Source: Octopus vulgaris (taxonomy: Eukaryota). From it: 64,000 nt of DNA. Where the stretch lies: the NCBI GenBank assembly GCA_951406725.2, contig OX597817.1, positions 32,736,001 through 32,800,000 on the forward strand. Direction: 5' to 3'. Position numbers and translations under genes: made by a program. The stretch's first letter is position 1, and every line of letters starts with the position of its first letter. A model generated the notes under the pieces. That model made no database searches. It had not been told where the DNA came from and saw only the letters and a list, made by a program, of their open reading frames with translations. Positions 1 to 14,734 of the stretch are shown piece by piece.

Positions 1-360
1 ACATGTCAAGACTTGGGTGCACAAGCACACATGCTTCTTGCAGTTTCTATCTAATGAATCCACTGAAGGCTTTGGTCAGCCTAGGGCTATAGTAGAAGAC
101 ATTTCTGCAAGGTGTCATGCCGTGGGATTGAACCTATCAGGTATTTATTTGGATTGATTTAATCAACTTTAAGCTTCTTTTAGAAATGTTTGACATTTTG
201 ACAATGTAGGGAATTGTGAAGAAATTATGATTCAGGTGTGGCTGTGTGGTGAGAAGTTTGCTTCCTAACCACATGGTTTTGGGTTCAGTCCCACTGTGTG
301 GTACCTTGGGCAAGTATCTTTTACTACAGCCTTGATATGTGTGTGTTTATACATTCATTG

Positions 361-677
361 CCTTACTGGCACTCGAACAAAACATTCGAATGAGGTCATT
401 GCCAGTGCTGCTGGACTGACTCCTGTGCAGGTGGCACGTAAAAAACACCATTTCGAGCGTGGCCGTTGCCAGTAGAGCCAGACTGGCTCTCGTGCAGGTG
501 GCACATAAAAGCACCCACTACACTCTCGGAGTGGTTGGCATTAGGAAGGGCATCCAGCTGTAGAAACTCTGCCAGATAAGATTGGAGCCTGGCACAGCCA
601 TCTGGTTGGCCAGACCTCAGCCAAATCGTCCAACCTATGCTAGTATGGAAAGCGGACGTTAAACGATGATGATGATT
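361..677 (+). mobile_element. Non-autonomous retroelement family C ((GAT)n tail, internal ~75-bp repeats)
   Basis: Repeats of tgccagt..gactggctc..ggtggcacgtaaaaa, then ggttggcattaggaagggcatccagctgtagaaac..ggacgttaaacgatgatgatg. Confidence 0.85.
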
Positions 678-1813
678 ATGTGTGTGATTGTGTGTATGTT
701 TGTGTCCTTTGTCTTGACATCATGTGATATTTGTAAACAAGTGTCGCCCTCATACAAGCAGTGTCCTTCATTTGCAATATTCTATGAAAATATATCTGGG
801 CATATTATCTGGAAATATTACCTTGCTTGGAAACAGGTGAGGGTTAGTAACAGGAAGGGCATCCAGCCATAGAAAGTCTGTCTCAATAAACTCTGTCCAA
901 CCTGTGCAAGCATGAAAAAGTGGACATTAAATGATAATGAAGATATTTATTAACCATTGTCCTAAATATATACATTTTCATATATTCTTAAGTATGGTTA
1001 GGTTGAAAATAGTCCCTAAAAGTATGATTTGTATATATTACTTACTAGTCATCATCATCATCATCATCGTTTAACGTCCGCTTTCCATGCTAGCATGGGT
1101 TGGACGGTTCAACTGGGGTCTGGGAAGCCCGAAGGCTGCTCCAGGCCAGTCAGATCTGGCAGTGTTTCTACTAGTGATATATTTAAAAAAAACAACCTAT
1201 TAATTAAGGCAATGGTTAATTGATTGATTGTACAGTGCTTGAATAAATAAGTAGAGCACTATTTTAGACATAGATAGTAGTGGGGAAGTAGCTGTTTGTT
1301 GTTGGAGTAGAGTCCAGTCAACAAAGCCCTTGTTTGTACAGTACCTTTATTACCTGTACTGAAGGACTATTGTGTCTATCATATTGTGTTAGTTCTCTTC
1401 CAAGGGTACAGCTGTGATGATAGGAAAGAAGCCAATAACTTTTGCTTAGTGAGACAGCTCTAGCAAGTTGACCAGGTTTGGCTCTACAGCAATAGTTAAT
1501 AACAGAATCATAATCCACAGATAACCAAACTATAGGCTCTGATAACCTGTATTAAATCTTTATTTATTGATAGTAATCAATAAATATATGAAATGCTGGC
1601 TGTTTAATAATTGAGTAATGATAGCTTATTCAATAGAACTGTTACTAGTAGTGTTTGTTGCCTCTCTTTTAGATTTATAAGCTATCTGATTGTTTGTTTT
1701 AGCATAAAGTTTTCTTTATAGCTAACTTCATGATTAATATTTAGAACAGGTTGCTATGTTTTGCTTTTAAAACTTCTGAATTGCAATCACAGGTATCCAA
1801 GAAAATTGACTGA

Positions 1814-2238
1814 TTTACTCTTTACTATTTACTCTTTTACTTGTTTCAGTCGTTTGACTGTGGCCATTCTGGAGCACCGCCTTTAATCGAGCAAATCGAC
1901 CCCAGGACTTATTCTATGTAAGCCTAGTACTTATTCTGTCGGTCTCTTTTGCTGAACTACTAAGTTACGGGGACGTAAACACACCAGCATCGGTTGTCAA
2001 GCGATGTGGGTGGGTGGGGTGGGGGGCAAACATAGATACACAAACATATACACACACACACACACATATATACGACGGGCTTCTTTCAGTTTCCGCCTAC
2101 CAAATCCACTCAGAAGGCTTTGGTCGGCCTGAGGCTATAGTAGAAGACACTTGCTCAAGGTACCATGCAGGGGGACTGAACCCGGAACCATGTGGTTCGT
2201 AAGCAACCTACTTACCACACAGCCACTCCTACGCCTAT
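1814..2238 (-). mobile_element. SINE family A (tRNA-like head, CORE-like middle, GTAAAAGA tail)
   Basis: Head ggagtggctgtgtggtaag..ggttcagtcc, tail ggcggtgctccag.atggcc.cagtcaaa.gactgaaacaagtaaaagag; many near-identical copies in the window. Confidence 0.9.
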
Positions 2239-5200
2239 AAAATACTTATGTTAAAGTTGTAAATCTAAACTAGAATTAATCTGAAAAGTAAATCTTATTG
2301 GATTCGTTTGTTATAACAAATATTTGTGAAATGAAGCAGGAAAAATATTTTGATATGACATAACTGATAAAGACAAAGTTTATAAATGGCATGTAGCAAA
2401 TAAAAGAGTCTGATCACCCACTGCTTAAATTTATTAGTTTATTGATTAAATATCCACTTTGTTCAATCAACTGTTTATTTATTATGGCTTTTGTAATTTT
2501 GTTTTGTAATTATTTTTCTTCAAATATGATTTAATGTTTTTGTAATCTGGCACGAAATCAAACACTTGCAATTGTCTAGACTAAGTGTTTTATGTTGAGG
2601 GCCTTTCATCCTTTCGGGGTCGATTAAATAAGTACCAGTTACGCACTGAGGTCGATATAATCGACTTAATCCGTTTATCTGTCCTTGTTTGTCCTCTCTG
2701 TGTTTAGCCCCTTGTGGGTAGTAAAGAAATAGGTATTCCTTCTTAGTGGAGGGGCAATGGCCCAGTGGTTAGGGCAGCGGACTCGCGGTGATCCCTGCTG
2801 TACTCTTTCACCACAACTTTCTCTCACTCTTACTTCCTGTTTCTGTTGTACCTGTATTTCAAAGGGCCGACCTTGTCACTCTCTGTGTCGCACTGAATAT
2901 CCCCGAGAACTACGTTAAGGGTACACGTGTCTGTGGAGTGCTCAGCCACTTACACGTTAATTTCACGAGCAGGCTGTTCCGTTGATTCGGATCAACCGGA
3001 ACCCTCATCGTGCTTCCATTCCTTCTTAACGGTTGTCATTTAGTCTGTTAGGCTTAAAAGAGTAAAGAATTAAAAAAAACAAAGATCTTCATTCAAAGAC
3101 ATCCCAATAGTTAAACCTGTGACTTATATTACAAGCATCACAACTATACTCCTATTGAACATTCATATGAATTCTAAAGGTTAAAAAAACCCAACAAAAA
3201 ACAAAAAAAAGTATAAACTGAAACTGAATTAAAACCTTACCAATTCCCTAAACAGCTTGGTATCATTTACAGCGGAATTATGAAATTCATTTGAGAAACA
3301 GTTAAAGGTAGTTAGGACTATAATGTATGCAGTTTGATTGAATGAATTGTTTACCATTAAACGATCTGATCTTAATTAGGTAAAACTAAAACTTGACACT
3401 GATGGTTTGTAATTTGACAAAGATCAGGCTGTCATTTGAATCGTTGTGTCAAATGGCAGTACTGTGAAGTACTTTGTAGGAAGTGACTGACTAATCAGGT
3501 TAAAAAGCACCCCATTGAAGAAAGACTTGTACAAGTTTACTGTGGTGACATATACACACACACACACACACACACGCGCGCGCGTACAAGCATACATGGT
3601 ATGAAAACTATAAACACATACATATTTTATTGTTGCAATAATGTTGGTGCTCCAGTACAAATACACACATTATTCAAATATGTAATTAATCACCATTGCA
3701 TCGATTGTACATAACTAACAAATATATTCACAAATGTGAGAAATTAATACTGCTTTTATACAAACAACTCATGAATATACACACACACACATACAAGCTT
3801 ATTCATCTTTGTGTGTATCATCATCATCATCATCATATATTATACATGCACCTCTCCTCCCACTCATTTATTTTAGACATTCAATTACATACTCTGTTAC
3901 ACAGAGGAAGAAAGCATATAACTACATATAGATTAATCACGGAAATTCGTATTCACAGTCACATAAACTTACAATTTGTAGACACACATATACGTACACT
4001 CCACTCGTGTGAAAATATTCATTTATTACCGTTGCTATGGTATTGGTTAGATATATCCATAGTATTCTCTTTTCTTGGGTAGCTTCCATTCTGGGTTGGT
4101 TCATTGTTGTGTCAGTGCTGCTATTGTTAGCAGTGTCGGTGGTGGTGGTAGCAGAGCTAAAGTGGGGATGGTTAGTCTTAGTTTGCTCTTAGTGTGCAGG
4201 TTATATGAGAGAGCGTGTGTGTACATACAAGCATTTAAATATGGACTTGTAACTCAGTATACACATTCTAAGGAAACAAAGAATTGTGAATGTTGTCACA
4301 ATCATTGCTTCTGTTGATGTTGACATTATTACTGTCATCGTCATCATCATTCCATTGGCTGCAATGATTATAACATCTGCACCACAGTCCATTAATTTAC
4401 TGGATTTCTGTGACATTGTTCCATCGGTTTTGTCTTTCACAACTAATTCTAACTGGGGTCACTGTACCTCAAAGCAATAGTGTGGCTGTTGGTTTGTGTG
4501 TGACATCCTCATAGATTGATGAACCTCAAGTAGTGTTATGAAGATTCAATCAGGGTTCTTAGTCATAAACTTTTTACTCGAAGAAGCCTGGGAGACACCA
4601 ATATCAGTCAAGTAACTGATCTCTGAGTTTGCTGCTATATTTATTACCAGCCCTTAAAAAAAAAAAATGAAAGGTAAATTTTATTTTGGTGGAATTTGAA
4701 CTCAGAATATAAGGGACTGAAATTAGATACCTCAAAGCAATTTAGTTTGTCTGATACTTTAATGATTCTTCCAATGCATTGTCTTGTCATCATCCTAACA
4801 ATAAAAAAAAAACTATTGTATCTATGGACCATCTTCATTTTCACATCCGCTTTTGATGTCAGCATGAGTTAGATGAGTCGTCATAGTCAAATAGTCACCC
4901 ACTGAAAGCAGCCGCTTCTGTAAACTGATGCTTGCAAGTGTTATTTGATTTAGTTTCTCTTCTTATTGCCACCTACTTTACAGACAGTAGTTGGTACGTT
5001 TTCCTTGGTGCCAACACCAGAGAGGTTGAACAAAGAGACTTTAGGACCTGATGCATTCTTTGTTCAGTTTTCCAACCACTTTACAGGGTATACTGGGTGC
5101 ATTTTATGGTGCCAGTACTGGAAAGATTTTCACACTAACCTATAAAATATTTTATTTATTTGAATGCAAACCTAGGCCACATGTACAGACTGTACATATA

Positions 5201-5256
5201 GAAAATATCCGCTGCTTTTGGCAAAGAAATAAAAGTTGTTTTTTTTTTTTACATTT

Positions 5257-5658
5257 GAGTGGCTGTGTGGTAAGTAGCTTGCTTATTAACCACATGGTTT
5301 CAGGTTCAGTCCCACTGCGTGGTACCTTGGGCAAGTGTCTTCTACTATAACCTCGGGCCGACCAAAGCCTTGTGAGTGGATTTGGTAGACGGAAACTGAA
5401 AGAAGCCCATCGTATATATGTATATATGTGTGTGTGTTTGTGTATCTGTGTTTGTCCCCCCAACATTGCTTGACAACCGATGCTGGTGTGTTTACGTCCC
5501 TGTAACTTAGCGGTTCGGCAAAAGAGACTGATAGAATAAGTACTAGGCTTACAAGGAGGAATAAGTCCTGTGGTCAATTTGCTCGACTAAAGGCGGTGCT
5601 CCAGAATGGCCACAGTCAAATGTCTGAAACAAGTAAAAGAGTAAAAGAGAGTAAAGAG
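5257..5658 (+). mobile_element. SINE family A
   Basis: Full-length copy. Confidence 0.9.
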
Positions 5659-6241
5659 TTCTGAAAATTTTTATTGGTTTCTTTTGTTTACTAATTGAAT
5701 TCATAAAAAAAGTATTTAGATTCCGGTCTACCAGCTATTTTAATTTCTGATGTAGTTTCTCTGCAGTTTTTGTTAATATTGAAACATTTTGTGTTATTCA
5801 TTCCTTTTAGTATTTCTAAGCACCAGGTTTTAATTTTAGATTCCTGTTTAAGTGATTTTCATTCTTCTTTTATTAAAAAAATTGTATTTTAAAATATTTT
5901 ATTAGATGTCGCTAAAATCACTCCCATTGAAGTAGCATGTCCTTAAATTTTAACTTCTATGGGGCTTCACCATTTTTTTGTTCAGATGTCACTTGAAACA
6001 ACGATTTACTCTGTTTTCTTGCCTTCTGTGTTAATCTTTAACAAACTACATAAATGGTGATATAGCTGTTTAGTGAAGAGTTCTGCTTCGCAACCACATG
6101 GTTTCAGGTTTGTTCCTGCTGGAATTGGGGAAATAAACAGGACAATGATACTCATTGTACACAGATTGTTGTTTTTTTTAACCCTTTGACATTCTTTTTT
6201 AAACCTTTGACATACTTTGTCAAATGTAATGCTTATTTATT

Positions 6242-6550
6242 GTGGAGGCACATGGCCTAGTGGTTAGAGCAACGGACTCGCGGTCTAGGGATTGCGGATT
6301 CGAATCTCAGACTGAGCGATGTGTGTGTTTATGAGCGAAACACCTAAGCTCCACGCAGCTCTGGCAGAAGTTAATGGCGAACTTCTGCTGACTCTTTTGC
6401 CACAACTTTCTCTCACTCTTTCCTCCTGCATCTTGCAGCTCACCTGCGACAGACCGGCATCCCATCCAGGTGGGGAACCTATACGCCAAGGAAACCGGGA
6501 AACCGGCCCTTATGAGCCAAGCATGGCTCGAGAAGGAACAAACAACAAAC
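6242..6550 (+). mobile_element. SINE family D (tRNA-like head tggcctagtggttagagc..gattcgaatc)
   Basis: Pol III A- and B-box-like motifs and an (AAC)-type tail; related heads at 2747, 25289 and 56398. Confidence 0.75.
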
Positions 6551-6984
6551 AAAATGCTTATTTATTGACATCATTTTCAATTCATCATCATCATCATTTA
6601 ATGTCCATTGTCCATGCTGGCATGGGTTGGACGGTTTGACTGGGCTGGCACACTGGAAGGCTGTGCCAATGCATTGTGACTTTATGATTTTGCTGATGTG
6701 ATTGTATATTTTCACTATGACATTGTAGAAAAGGTGTAAGAGGCTAGATCTAGCCAGTTTAAACATAAAACAGATAGAATATTTGGGTTGGATATGGCTT
6801 GTTTAAATACTAAAGAGTTAATTAAAATTATTTGGTGTTAAGCTTTTCTTAATAATGAATTTGAACAAATATTGAAAGACATTATCCTTTATGTTAAAAC
6901 GATAATAAAACTTTCACTTTTTGCTTAGGAAAACACTTTCACTATTTTGATTCTGTTCAAAGTTTAGTGATTCACTTTGAAGTG

Positions 6985-7314
6985 TAGCATATGAACTCAC
7001 AGAAAACAGCACAGCTCCCATGACTTTTGGAAGCATATTTTCATGCTAAGAGTTGCTGAAGCATGGAACAAACTGCTGGCATCAGTTGTTAGTTGTTGGA
7101 GCACTGCATTTGTCAAAACTTCCATGCTTCCTGAGATTTGCCAACACTACACCTGATTTTCTCCCCTCCATACACACGCAAGCATGTATCTGACTCATAC
7201 ACTGTTCACTTTCCAGACATTTGTACATTACTGCATATGCTTTATACTTACCTTTGACAAGTTGTGGTGCACCTGAGCACTGTATACAATAATTTCATTA
7301 TTATTATTATTATT
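6985..7314 (+). mobile_element. CR1-clade LINE 3' end (related subfamily)
   Basis: cacagctcccatgacttt..gttgctgaagcatggaacaaactg..gcacctgagcactgtata followed by (TTA)n. Confidence 0.85.
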
Positions 7315-8484
7315 CTGTGACAAACAGAACATTTTATTGATAGTTCCTCTCTGAATAAGGGTAAACATTTTTTGTTTCAGAATTAATACTAACTATAGAG
7401 ATTTTCTTGTGCTAGAAAAATTGATAATGTACATAAAATTCAAGAATGTTGTGATTCTTGAACAGAAAAGTAAAACAATGTGTATATTACTTTGTGGAGG
7501 AATATTTTATTCTTTTAACTATTGTTAAACAGGATATTTCTATTAAAATTCTGTATATTTCTATTAAAATTCAAATCCTATAGATTTGATGGCATATAAG
7601 ACACTTTGTGTCCAAAAACAGTCTCTCAAAAAGCAACAAAAACAAAACAAAAAACCCCAAATAAAATCACCCCAGGACCTATCTGCAAAGTTGGACTAAT
7701 ATTGGTTTCAAATTTTGGTACAAGGACAGCAGTTTTGGGAAAGGGACTAGATTAATTAACATCAAACCTAGAACTCAACTGGTACCTCTGTTATCAACCC
7801 TGAAAGGATGAAAGGCAAAGTCAACCGTGGCAGAAGTTGGACTTAGTCAACTGTGGCAGAAGTTGGACTTGAAGACAGACAAAATACTGTTAAGCATTTT
7901 ATTTGGCATGCTAAGGAATCTGCCAGCTCACTGCCGAAGTTGGACCTGTATTAATACATGATTTAATGCACTATAAACTTTTTTTCCTTGAATATGCATT
8001 GTTGAAAATTGGCTGCATCTAATATTCCTGTGTCTTTTATGCCATCGAATACAGTATTATGTTTATATTGATTCAGTTTTAATTTTCTTAAACTGCTAGT
8101 GTGAACGTTACAGATAACATTAATAGAAATATTTGAGTAGGTGTACAGAAATTTAAGAAGAATAGTTGAAAAATAAACAGGTATTATGTTACAGTCATTG
8201 TAATTATTGAAGACAGAAGACAATACCTGTGAGGCATGAGGCTTTTTGTTTTTTTCTTTTCTTAGAGATTCTTGCCAAACATATAAAAATAAGTCATCTT
8301 GATGATTCTGTTTTACTTTTTCTTTTAGTTTAATCTTGGAATCTTACATTATCAGAAATTGATAATGACCAGGTTTTCTTCTTTCTTTTACGTCGCAAAA
8401 AAAATGGAATTCTATCTCATAATTCTGAGAATATCTTTATCTAGTAAGATTATCTTAACATGTAATACAGAGCACAGGTTGTGT

Positions 8485-8541
<57 letters not shown>

Positions 8542-9363
8542 GTAGATTTAGTCATTGCTTGAGTGTTCTTTGTCTAGATAGATAAAAATCTGTTTGGCTA
8601 GGTACATAATTTTATTGAGTAAATATCAACAATTATGATTTGTTTTTGTGTTGGCAAAGACAAGAAAATTTTGTAAATAGGAAATAGAAAGAAAAACAAG
8701 TAGCCAGAAATAACTATACTGACATCATGTCTGCTTTCAGTTAATTATAAATAAATGATGAAACATTGGGGGTGTATTGTTCTTTTATAGTGTAAAAGAA
8801 AAAAAAAAGGACAAAATTAAATTCTCCATGATACTTATAATAAGTCTGTTGCCACTTATTGTTTCTTTATCAGTGCCACACCTATTTAGAAAGTTAGTCT
8901 GCCAAACCTTTTTTAGAATTTTAATGCTCCAGGTAAAGGAAATAAATGTGTTTGTTGTTGTACTGCAGTTAGAATTGAACTTTAGTTCCTTTGTATTGTC
9001 GTTGAATATAGCTTTAAAAGTTCAGTCATGCTGATATTTTTTCAGAATATGGTTAGAGAAAGTACTAGGAAAAGATTGTGCTGTTTGCCTCAAACATGGC
9101 GCATAAAAAGCACCCACTACACTCTTGGAGTGGTTGGCGTTAGGAAGGGCATCCAGCTGTAGAAACGTTACTTGATCAGATTGGAGCCTAGTGCAGCTTC
9201 CTGGCTTGCCAGTCCTCAGTCAAACCGTCCAACTCATGCCAGCATGGAAAGCAGATATTAAATGATGATGATGATGATAATGTTACTAAAATGGTTTTAA
9301 TGTAATTAATCTAAAATTAATTCAAAATATGACCCTAATGTTATGTGGTGAATATACTGCCAG

Positions 9364-9739
9364 CATTGCCCAAATGACCTGAACATACGGGGCCATACGT
9401 CTCCTGCCCAATTCAGGATCACAGCATATAGGTACACTGCGACATAATTTCTTTTCCTCAACAGGCCCTGCCCTGTTTAACATTGTCCCGAAAGAGATCA
9501 AAGAAGAAAAGGATCCCATCACCTTTAAACGGAGTCTGGACAGATTTCTTCAAGGAATACCAGATAAGCCACCCATACCTGGATACAACTCACTCAACAA
9601 GAAGTCACTACTTGAATGGACCATAAACAAAACTTGACTGAAACAGGATTTAGATAATCCTATCAGGTGGTGCTATTAAGTTAGACATGGCCTGGACCAA
9701 TCTTTGGTCGAAACATATCTAAGTTTATCTAAGTTTAAG
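9364..9739 (+). mobile_element. LINE 3' end of a different CR1/Jockey-group family
   Basis: HNFFSSTGPALFNIVPKEIK..FKRSLDRFLQGIPDKPPIPGY..SLLEWT* (stop 9635-9637), then a stem-loop and tatctaagtt repeat tail. Confidence 0.75.
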
Positions 9740-11209
9740 CAGTATGTAGATCAAATTAGAATAAACAAATAGCTAGAGAAAGCCATCCAGCTAAATAGAA
9801 TCATAATTTGTTTAGAACCTTTTAACCAAGAATCATGTTTATTCATTTTGTGACTATATTTCAACCAAGAATACATCTGGTGTTTTGATTTTTTTTAACT
9901 TGTCAAGAGAGAATTTTGAGTAATAACTTCTAACTTAATGTTTACCTATTAAAATATATTATCTTTTGTGGAGTTAGTTTGGAGTGTGTTGGTGTTGTTT
10001 TAAGTACTGGTTCTTATGTACCAAAATGGAAAAGTACAATATGTGAAATACTTAAGTCAGTTCTGAAAGTGAATTTATTATATGCAGCTGCACGCTGACT
10101 CAGTGAATGTTATTAAAACGACTGTGATAAATTGAATTTCTGTTTGGTCCTTTGGAATTTTAATGTAATGTGATATGTTTAATAATACTGATAATAATGA
10201 TGATGGTCACTTTCATTGAAGGAAAGGTTTAAAAAGAAAATGAAAGAAAGAAAGGATTAAATATAAAAGAAGCGATGGATGCATGAATGTAATTTGAGTC
10301 CAGGTATGGATTTGACCATGAAGTTGCAATGGGAACAATGATAATTTTGATTTTGCCTGGGATTTGAATTATGTATCTGTTGATTGTAGGATATAATTCT
10401 TTTCTCGTTCTGTTTCTTCAACATAAATTGTTTAGATGTGACATGACACAATTTACACCACTCAGGTTGATCTAGGCAATAACTTTCCCAAGGTGTTAAA
10501 TTAAGCTGTATACAATGCTCAGATATAGTACAAATTATTAGAAAAGAGTAAAAGAGGGCACGGAAAGTAGCAATAAACAAAATAAAGAAAGACACCAATG
10601 AAAGCTGAAAGTGCTTGCATTGTACACAGAATAAAACACAAAAAGATGGAAAAGTGAACACTAAAAGAACTATTAAAAAGAAAAGGTGCAAGTGGTATCT
10701 CAGAAGAATTAGTATTAGTGAATTTCAGGAGGCATGGAATTTTTGAAGGATAGACATAATATATATTATGATACTAAGGACTTATATAATTCTAAAACTT
10801 TGGATGCATGGCAAACGCAAATACATAAAGGTTGAGGACTTCACTATACATTTATTTCATAGTTTATTTAGAAATAAGATAATTAATGGAGTTATGTGAA
10901 CCTGCATAAACAAACAAAATGCTAATATCAAAGTTGATAACCCTCAAATAGAGATTCAGCTCATACATCATTCAAAGACCTGGAAAATCAAGGAATGGCC
11001 CCTAATTGTCTTTTAGGCTCATCCATAAATAAAATCTAGAAACTTTTGAATTTTGAGAGAGTACTCCTCACTGCTGGGGCCTCAAAAGCAGTTTTGTTCT
11101 GCTTTGCTAAATTTCTCTCAGGGGCCTGTCACCAAGTCAAACCTTTGAGCTGGATTGCCAGAGCTGCTCCACCCTAAAATACTATACAATAGAATAAACA
11201 GCTAAACAT

Positions 11210-11286
11210 AACAATGTGGTGTGTATATGTATTTATGAACAATGTGGTGTGTATATGTATTTATGAACAATGTGGTGTGTATATGT
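11210..11286. repeat. 28-bp minisatellite x2.7
   Basis: Unit aacaatgtggtgtgtatatgtatttatg. Confidence 0.95.
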
Positions 11287-12244
11287 GTGTATGCTGGGCC
11301 TGATATTTTGCTGCATTTGTTTTATTGGCCAGGTCATAGGTCATCTATCAGATACAATTTTCGCTCAGTACTAGCTAAAGGGATTTGTTTTCATTCGTTC
11401 ATTTTATATTGCATTTTCTGAACAATAATGTAATTAGTTACATGTTTACAACGAGCCAATCACTGGTTTGCTGCAGTTATGCTGGTAAAAGTGATGAGGG
11501 AGTGTTTCTAATTTGGCAGAAAAATATCACATAAAAATATTTTTGAAAACACAACTTTTCTCAGTTTTTGTTCTGATGTTTACATCCTTTGCTGAAAAAT
11601 ATGCATTGCTAAGAGTACACAAACATATTTATACAATGACATTTCACATAATTTCTGTCTACCAAGTTCTATTCACAAAGCATTGCTCATCCTGAGGTTA
11701 CGGTAGAAAATACATGAAATGCTGTACAGGGAAATCAAACCAGAAGCTGTGTAGTTGTGAAGTGAACATGTTAATCTGCTAGCCATGAGTTAATCTTCTC
11801 TAGCTGCACTAAAAGCCTTCGATTGGTATCAAACTGCTGATATTTCCACTCATAAATAATACACAAACAAACTCTCACAAGCCTTACAAATATCAATCTT
11901 ATCGATTTCTTACAATCTCTTGTAGAGGCCACATTTACTTCACAAGGACTAAACAATCACAAAGCCTTGTTTTCCTCTTCAGAGCCTCAAAATACTTCCA
12001 CTGTAAAAAAAGCTGTAATATAACCTCAGGTCACCCATAAAGCTTGTGCATGGATTGGGTTGATAAAAACTGAAAGAAGCTCAGTGTGTGCGCATGCACA
12101 TGTGCATATGTATGTGTGATGATCATCATCAACATTTAATGTCTGTTTTCCATGCTGGCCTGAATTGACTGGCTTGACAGGAACTGACAAGATCAAGGGC
12201 TGCACTAAATTCCACTGTCAGTTTTGACTTGGTAGCCTACACCA

Positions 12245-12808
12245 GTGCTGTATAACCAGCCCATTTAAAGAGTACCTTTGAATAATCGGGTGATGTGCCG
12301 TGCTTGAGGAGACCTATTGAATCAAGTAAAATCAAAATCAAAATCAAATCAAATTACATCACGATCAAATGGAAATTGTAGTTGTGGCCGATGCCAGTGC
12401 TGCCTGACTGGCTCCCATGCTGGTGGCACGCAATAAGCACAATTCATGCGTGGGTCGTTGCCAGTGCCGCCTGACTGGCTTCCCCTGCTGATGGTATGTA
12501 AAAAAGCACCATCTGAACGTGATCAATGACAGCCCCCCCTCACTGGCTCCTGTGCCTGTAGCACATGCAAAGCACCATCCGAACATAGTTGATGCCAGTA
12601 CTGCCTGACTGGCTCCTGTGCCATTGGCATGTAAAAAGCACCCACTATACTCTCAGAGTGGTTGGCATTAGGAAGGACATCCAGCTGTAGAAACATTGCC
12701 AGATCAGATTGAAGCCTGGTGCAGCTTCCCAACTTGCCAATTCCCAGTCAAACCATCCAACCCATTCCAGTATGGAAAATGGATGTTAAACGATGATGAT
12801 GAGGATGA
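12245..12808 (+). mobile_element. Family C element
   Basis: Same modules and (GAT)n tail. Confidence 0.85.
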
Positions 12809-12826
12809 TATATATATATATATATA

Positions 12827-13213
12827 TCTCTCTATATATAAACGGCAGTTTGTCTGTGCGTGTTTCTGTGTGTCTGTTTTCTCGTACCCTCACCCTGACC
12901 ACGGCTTTCAACCGATTCTGATGAAACTTGACACACGCATAGCCCAATGTCATAATTCAAAACTAACGCAGCGAAAATTTTGAAAAGTTCCCCCAGTTCT
13001 GAAAAAAATCGATAAATTCGACAAGGGGTCGAGAATAAAAAAAAACAAACCACAGACTGTCTAGGGGACGCAACTCAACCTTTTTTTACTCTCAAAAAAC
13101 AATTTACCATAATTTTTTTCCCATTTTTTTGCTATTTTTTGGCTATAACTCTCTAAAGATGCTTTATAGTTATTTCCCTTACAAACCTGAGCAACGCTGG
13201 GCGATACTGCTAG
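12827..13213 (+). mobile_element. Non-autonomous Helitron
   Basis: A|TC 5' end (tctctctatatataaa), internal ccgattctgatgaaac, subterminal hairpin cctgagcaacgctggg, and 3' CTAG|T; no TSD. Confidence 0.85.
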
Positions 13214-14734
13214 TAAATAAATAAAATGTGTGTGCATTATGGTTACTTGTATCTCCGTGTCGTGATATCACATTATAGTTTTGACAAAGCATCATTGTTG
13301 TACAAGTTGTATTATTCATTTTCAGTCTTCTATGAAAATATGTCTCGTCAAAGGGAAATATTATCTCACTTGGAAATAGGTGAGAGTTGGCAACAGGAAA
13401 GGCATCTGGCTGTAGAAAATGTATCTCATTGCATTCTTGTTTACTAATCAAGCATGGAAAAGGGGACATTTATAACAATGATAAAAACACACAACATACA
13501 TGCACACTCATCTTAGACTGCATCAAATAAAGAATACTCAACTGAAGGACAAGGCTGCACTCTCCAAAATCGACCCTCAGATTGTGTCCGCTCTCTATGT
13601 CTCTATCTCTGCCAGAATAACTTCAACTCTGAATTTGCCAAATTTATATCACATTCACATGAATTATAAACCATTTAGACAATATGAAGCTACTTTGTCA
13701 TAACTTCCATCAAGCAGCAAAACAAACAAAAGAAACTTCTAATTGAAAGTTTATTTAAACATGCACAGATAACATGTAATAGCTGCCGTTCACTTTAGCA
13801 CACCAGTTACATAACACACTTGCAAAATATAGCCTGTACATGGCTACTCAACTTACTAGAAATAGCAGTCAAATCTCCTTAAATCACATCCTATCATCTT
13901 GTAAAAAAGAGAAGACATAGAGTAATGATGGACTATATCTGAAAAGATGACATGATAGTCACAGATGGAATGTTTTTCATCATAGAACTACTTTTGTGAT
14001 TTGCACTTTCTGCAATCTTTTCCTCTAATTACACCTTTCTGAAACTCTTTTTCTCCTTTAATTACTTCAACAATTTAAGCTAAACACGGCTTTAATTTCA
14101 TTCAATTGTCCCTTTCTTCTGTAAAGGAGGGTCAAATAACAATGTAAACACTACAGGAGATTAAATATTATTTTCAGTCAAAAGTATTTAAATTTGATTG
14201 CATCAATTATATCGTTCACTAATCAATAGATATTGTTGAATAGACTGGCAACACAGTCTATTATTTTCAGATATTTTATATACAAAAATCAGTAAACGAT
14301 CTCTTTAAAATACAAAATATTTTCTATCATATATTAATTCCTTTTTATTTTATCTTATTATTTTTTTTTTACTTGGGGAAGGTACTTTTAAAAGCAAGTG
14401 TAGTTTAGTTATGTGATTGATGTTATAGGTATTTATTTTCCTTTTGATTGATAAAAATCTAAATAGTATTTTTAATTCTGAACTATGAAATACTGCCAAT
14501 GATGTAGTTTGCCTCTCTAGACTAGAGGTTCTCAATCATTTTTTGCTCTTTTGATTCCTATTTTACGCTACTGGACCCCCATAGCCTTTTGATGTATCTA
14601 AAGAGAAAAATTCTTGTGTTTTTATAGGTAAATATTTTTAGGAATTGTATAAAATTTTTTTTAATATTTTGTGTATTCTAGAAGTATAAGCAATTTATTG
14701 TACATTAATTTTAACATTTTATATGGAAACCTGT

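Noticed and set aside
4075-4480. Overlapping short ORFs in unique-looking sequence
   Set aside because: Low-complexity peptides with no recognisable domain and no convincing splice-site pair.
5051-5577. Recurrent ORFs such as RWASFSFRLPNPLTRLWSARG and GLLSVSVYQIHSQGFG
   Set aside because: Translations of SINE family A, repeated at each copy.
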